From Chitinophagales bacterium (GTDB lineage Bacteria; Bacteroidota; Bacteroidia; Chitinophagales; CAIOSU01), in assembly GCA_034440455.1 (NCBI GenBank), contig JAWXCB010000008.1:66442-130441 (forward strand): a stretch of DNA of 64,000 nt, written 5' to 3'. The translations under genes were made by a program, and so were the position numbers. The notes beneath the pieces were generated by a model that saw nothing but the letters and a program-made list of their open reading frames with translations, made no database searches and was not told the origin of the DNA. Below are positions 63,934 to 64,000 of this stretch, piece after piece (position 1 is the first letter of the stretch; each line of letters starts with the position of its first letter).

Positions 63934-64000
63934 AATCCATGACGCTCTTCTTTCGCATTTTTCTGCTCGTCAATCTTGCTTTGTTTTTTCTTTTTCTGAT

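Noticed and set aside
1-64000. Genome-wide reassignment of TGA to Trp (genetic code 4/25-like), as an explanation for the two in-frame TGA codons
   Set aside because: Long genes (1051, 1012, 927 and 892 codons) contain no internal TGA. TGA also functions as a genuine stop. For example, the T9SS cargo gene ends NVTLLR-TGA at 14366-14368, exactly where its paralog ends NVTLLR-TAA at 17169-17171. TGA likewise ends the 9785-10585 gene and the histidine kinase gene.

Overview
This window looks like a chromosomal segment of a Bacteroidota genome. Supporting signs are T9SS type-B sorting domains with a PorP/SprF partner, TAnnTTTG -7 promoter boxes a few nucleotides from start codons, and no Shine-Dalgarno signals. 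About 60 protein genes are supportable, and I found no rRNA, tRNA, CRISPR array, integrase or transposase.

Most of the window is housekeeping:
- glyA, a paaABCD operon with a TetR regulator, glpD, pheS, ligA, clpS and grpE-dnaJ
- an ABC-2 exporter, TerC, CreD and SugE
- arginine/amidino-group enzymes and a TonB-dependent receptor
- two RelE/ParE toxin-antitoxin pairs
- a multi-PAS histidine kinase with two NarL-type response regulators

The accessory part is an AT-rich islet at about 2.9-8.7 kb with two tandem Type II restriction-modification modules. One is a C-protein/endonuclease pair convergent with an N6A methyltransferase, bracketed by a perfect 22-bp inverted repeat. The other is an m5C methyltransferase next to a PstI/BsuBI-family endonuclease gene carrying a single in-frame TGA. 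A surface-protein cluster follows at 9-18 kb, including two paralogous multi-PKD T9SS cargo proteins.

The most interesting signals lie outside the protein genes:
1. A small GIY-YIG nuclease gene is bracketed by inverted copies of a dispersed hairpin repeat whose stems show compensatory changes. This resembles a REPtron but lacks a RAYT.
2. Degenerate 7-8-nt tandem micro-arrays sit just upstream of start codons at about ten loci.
3. A second otherwise intact gene is also interrupted by one TGA, at a position where its paralog has Trp.

All family assignments come from motifs read by eye. No database search or computation was run.
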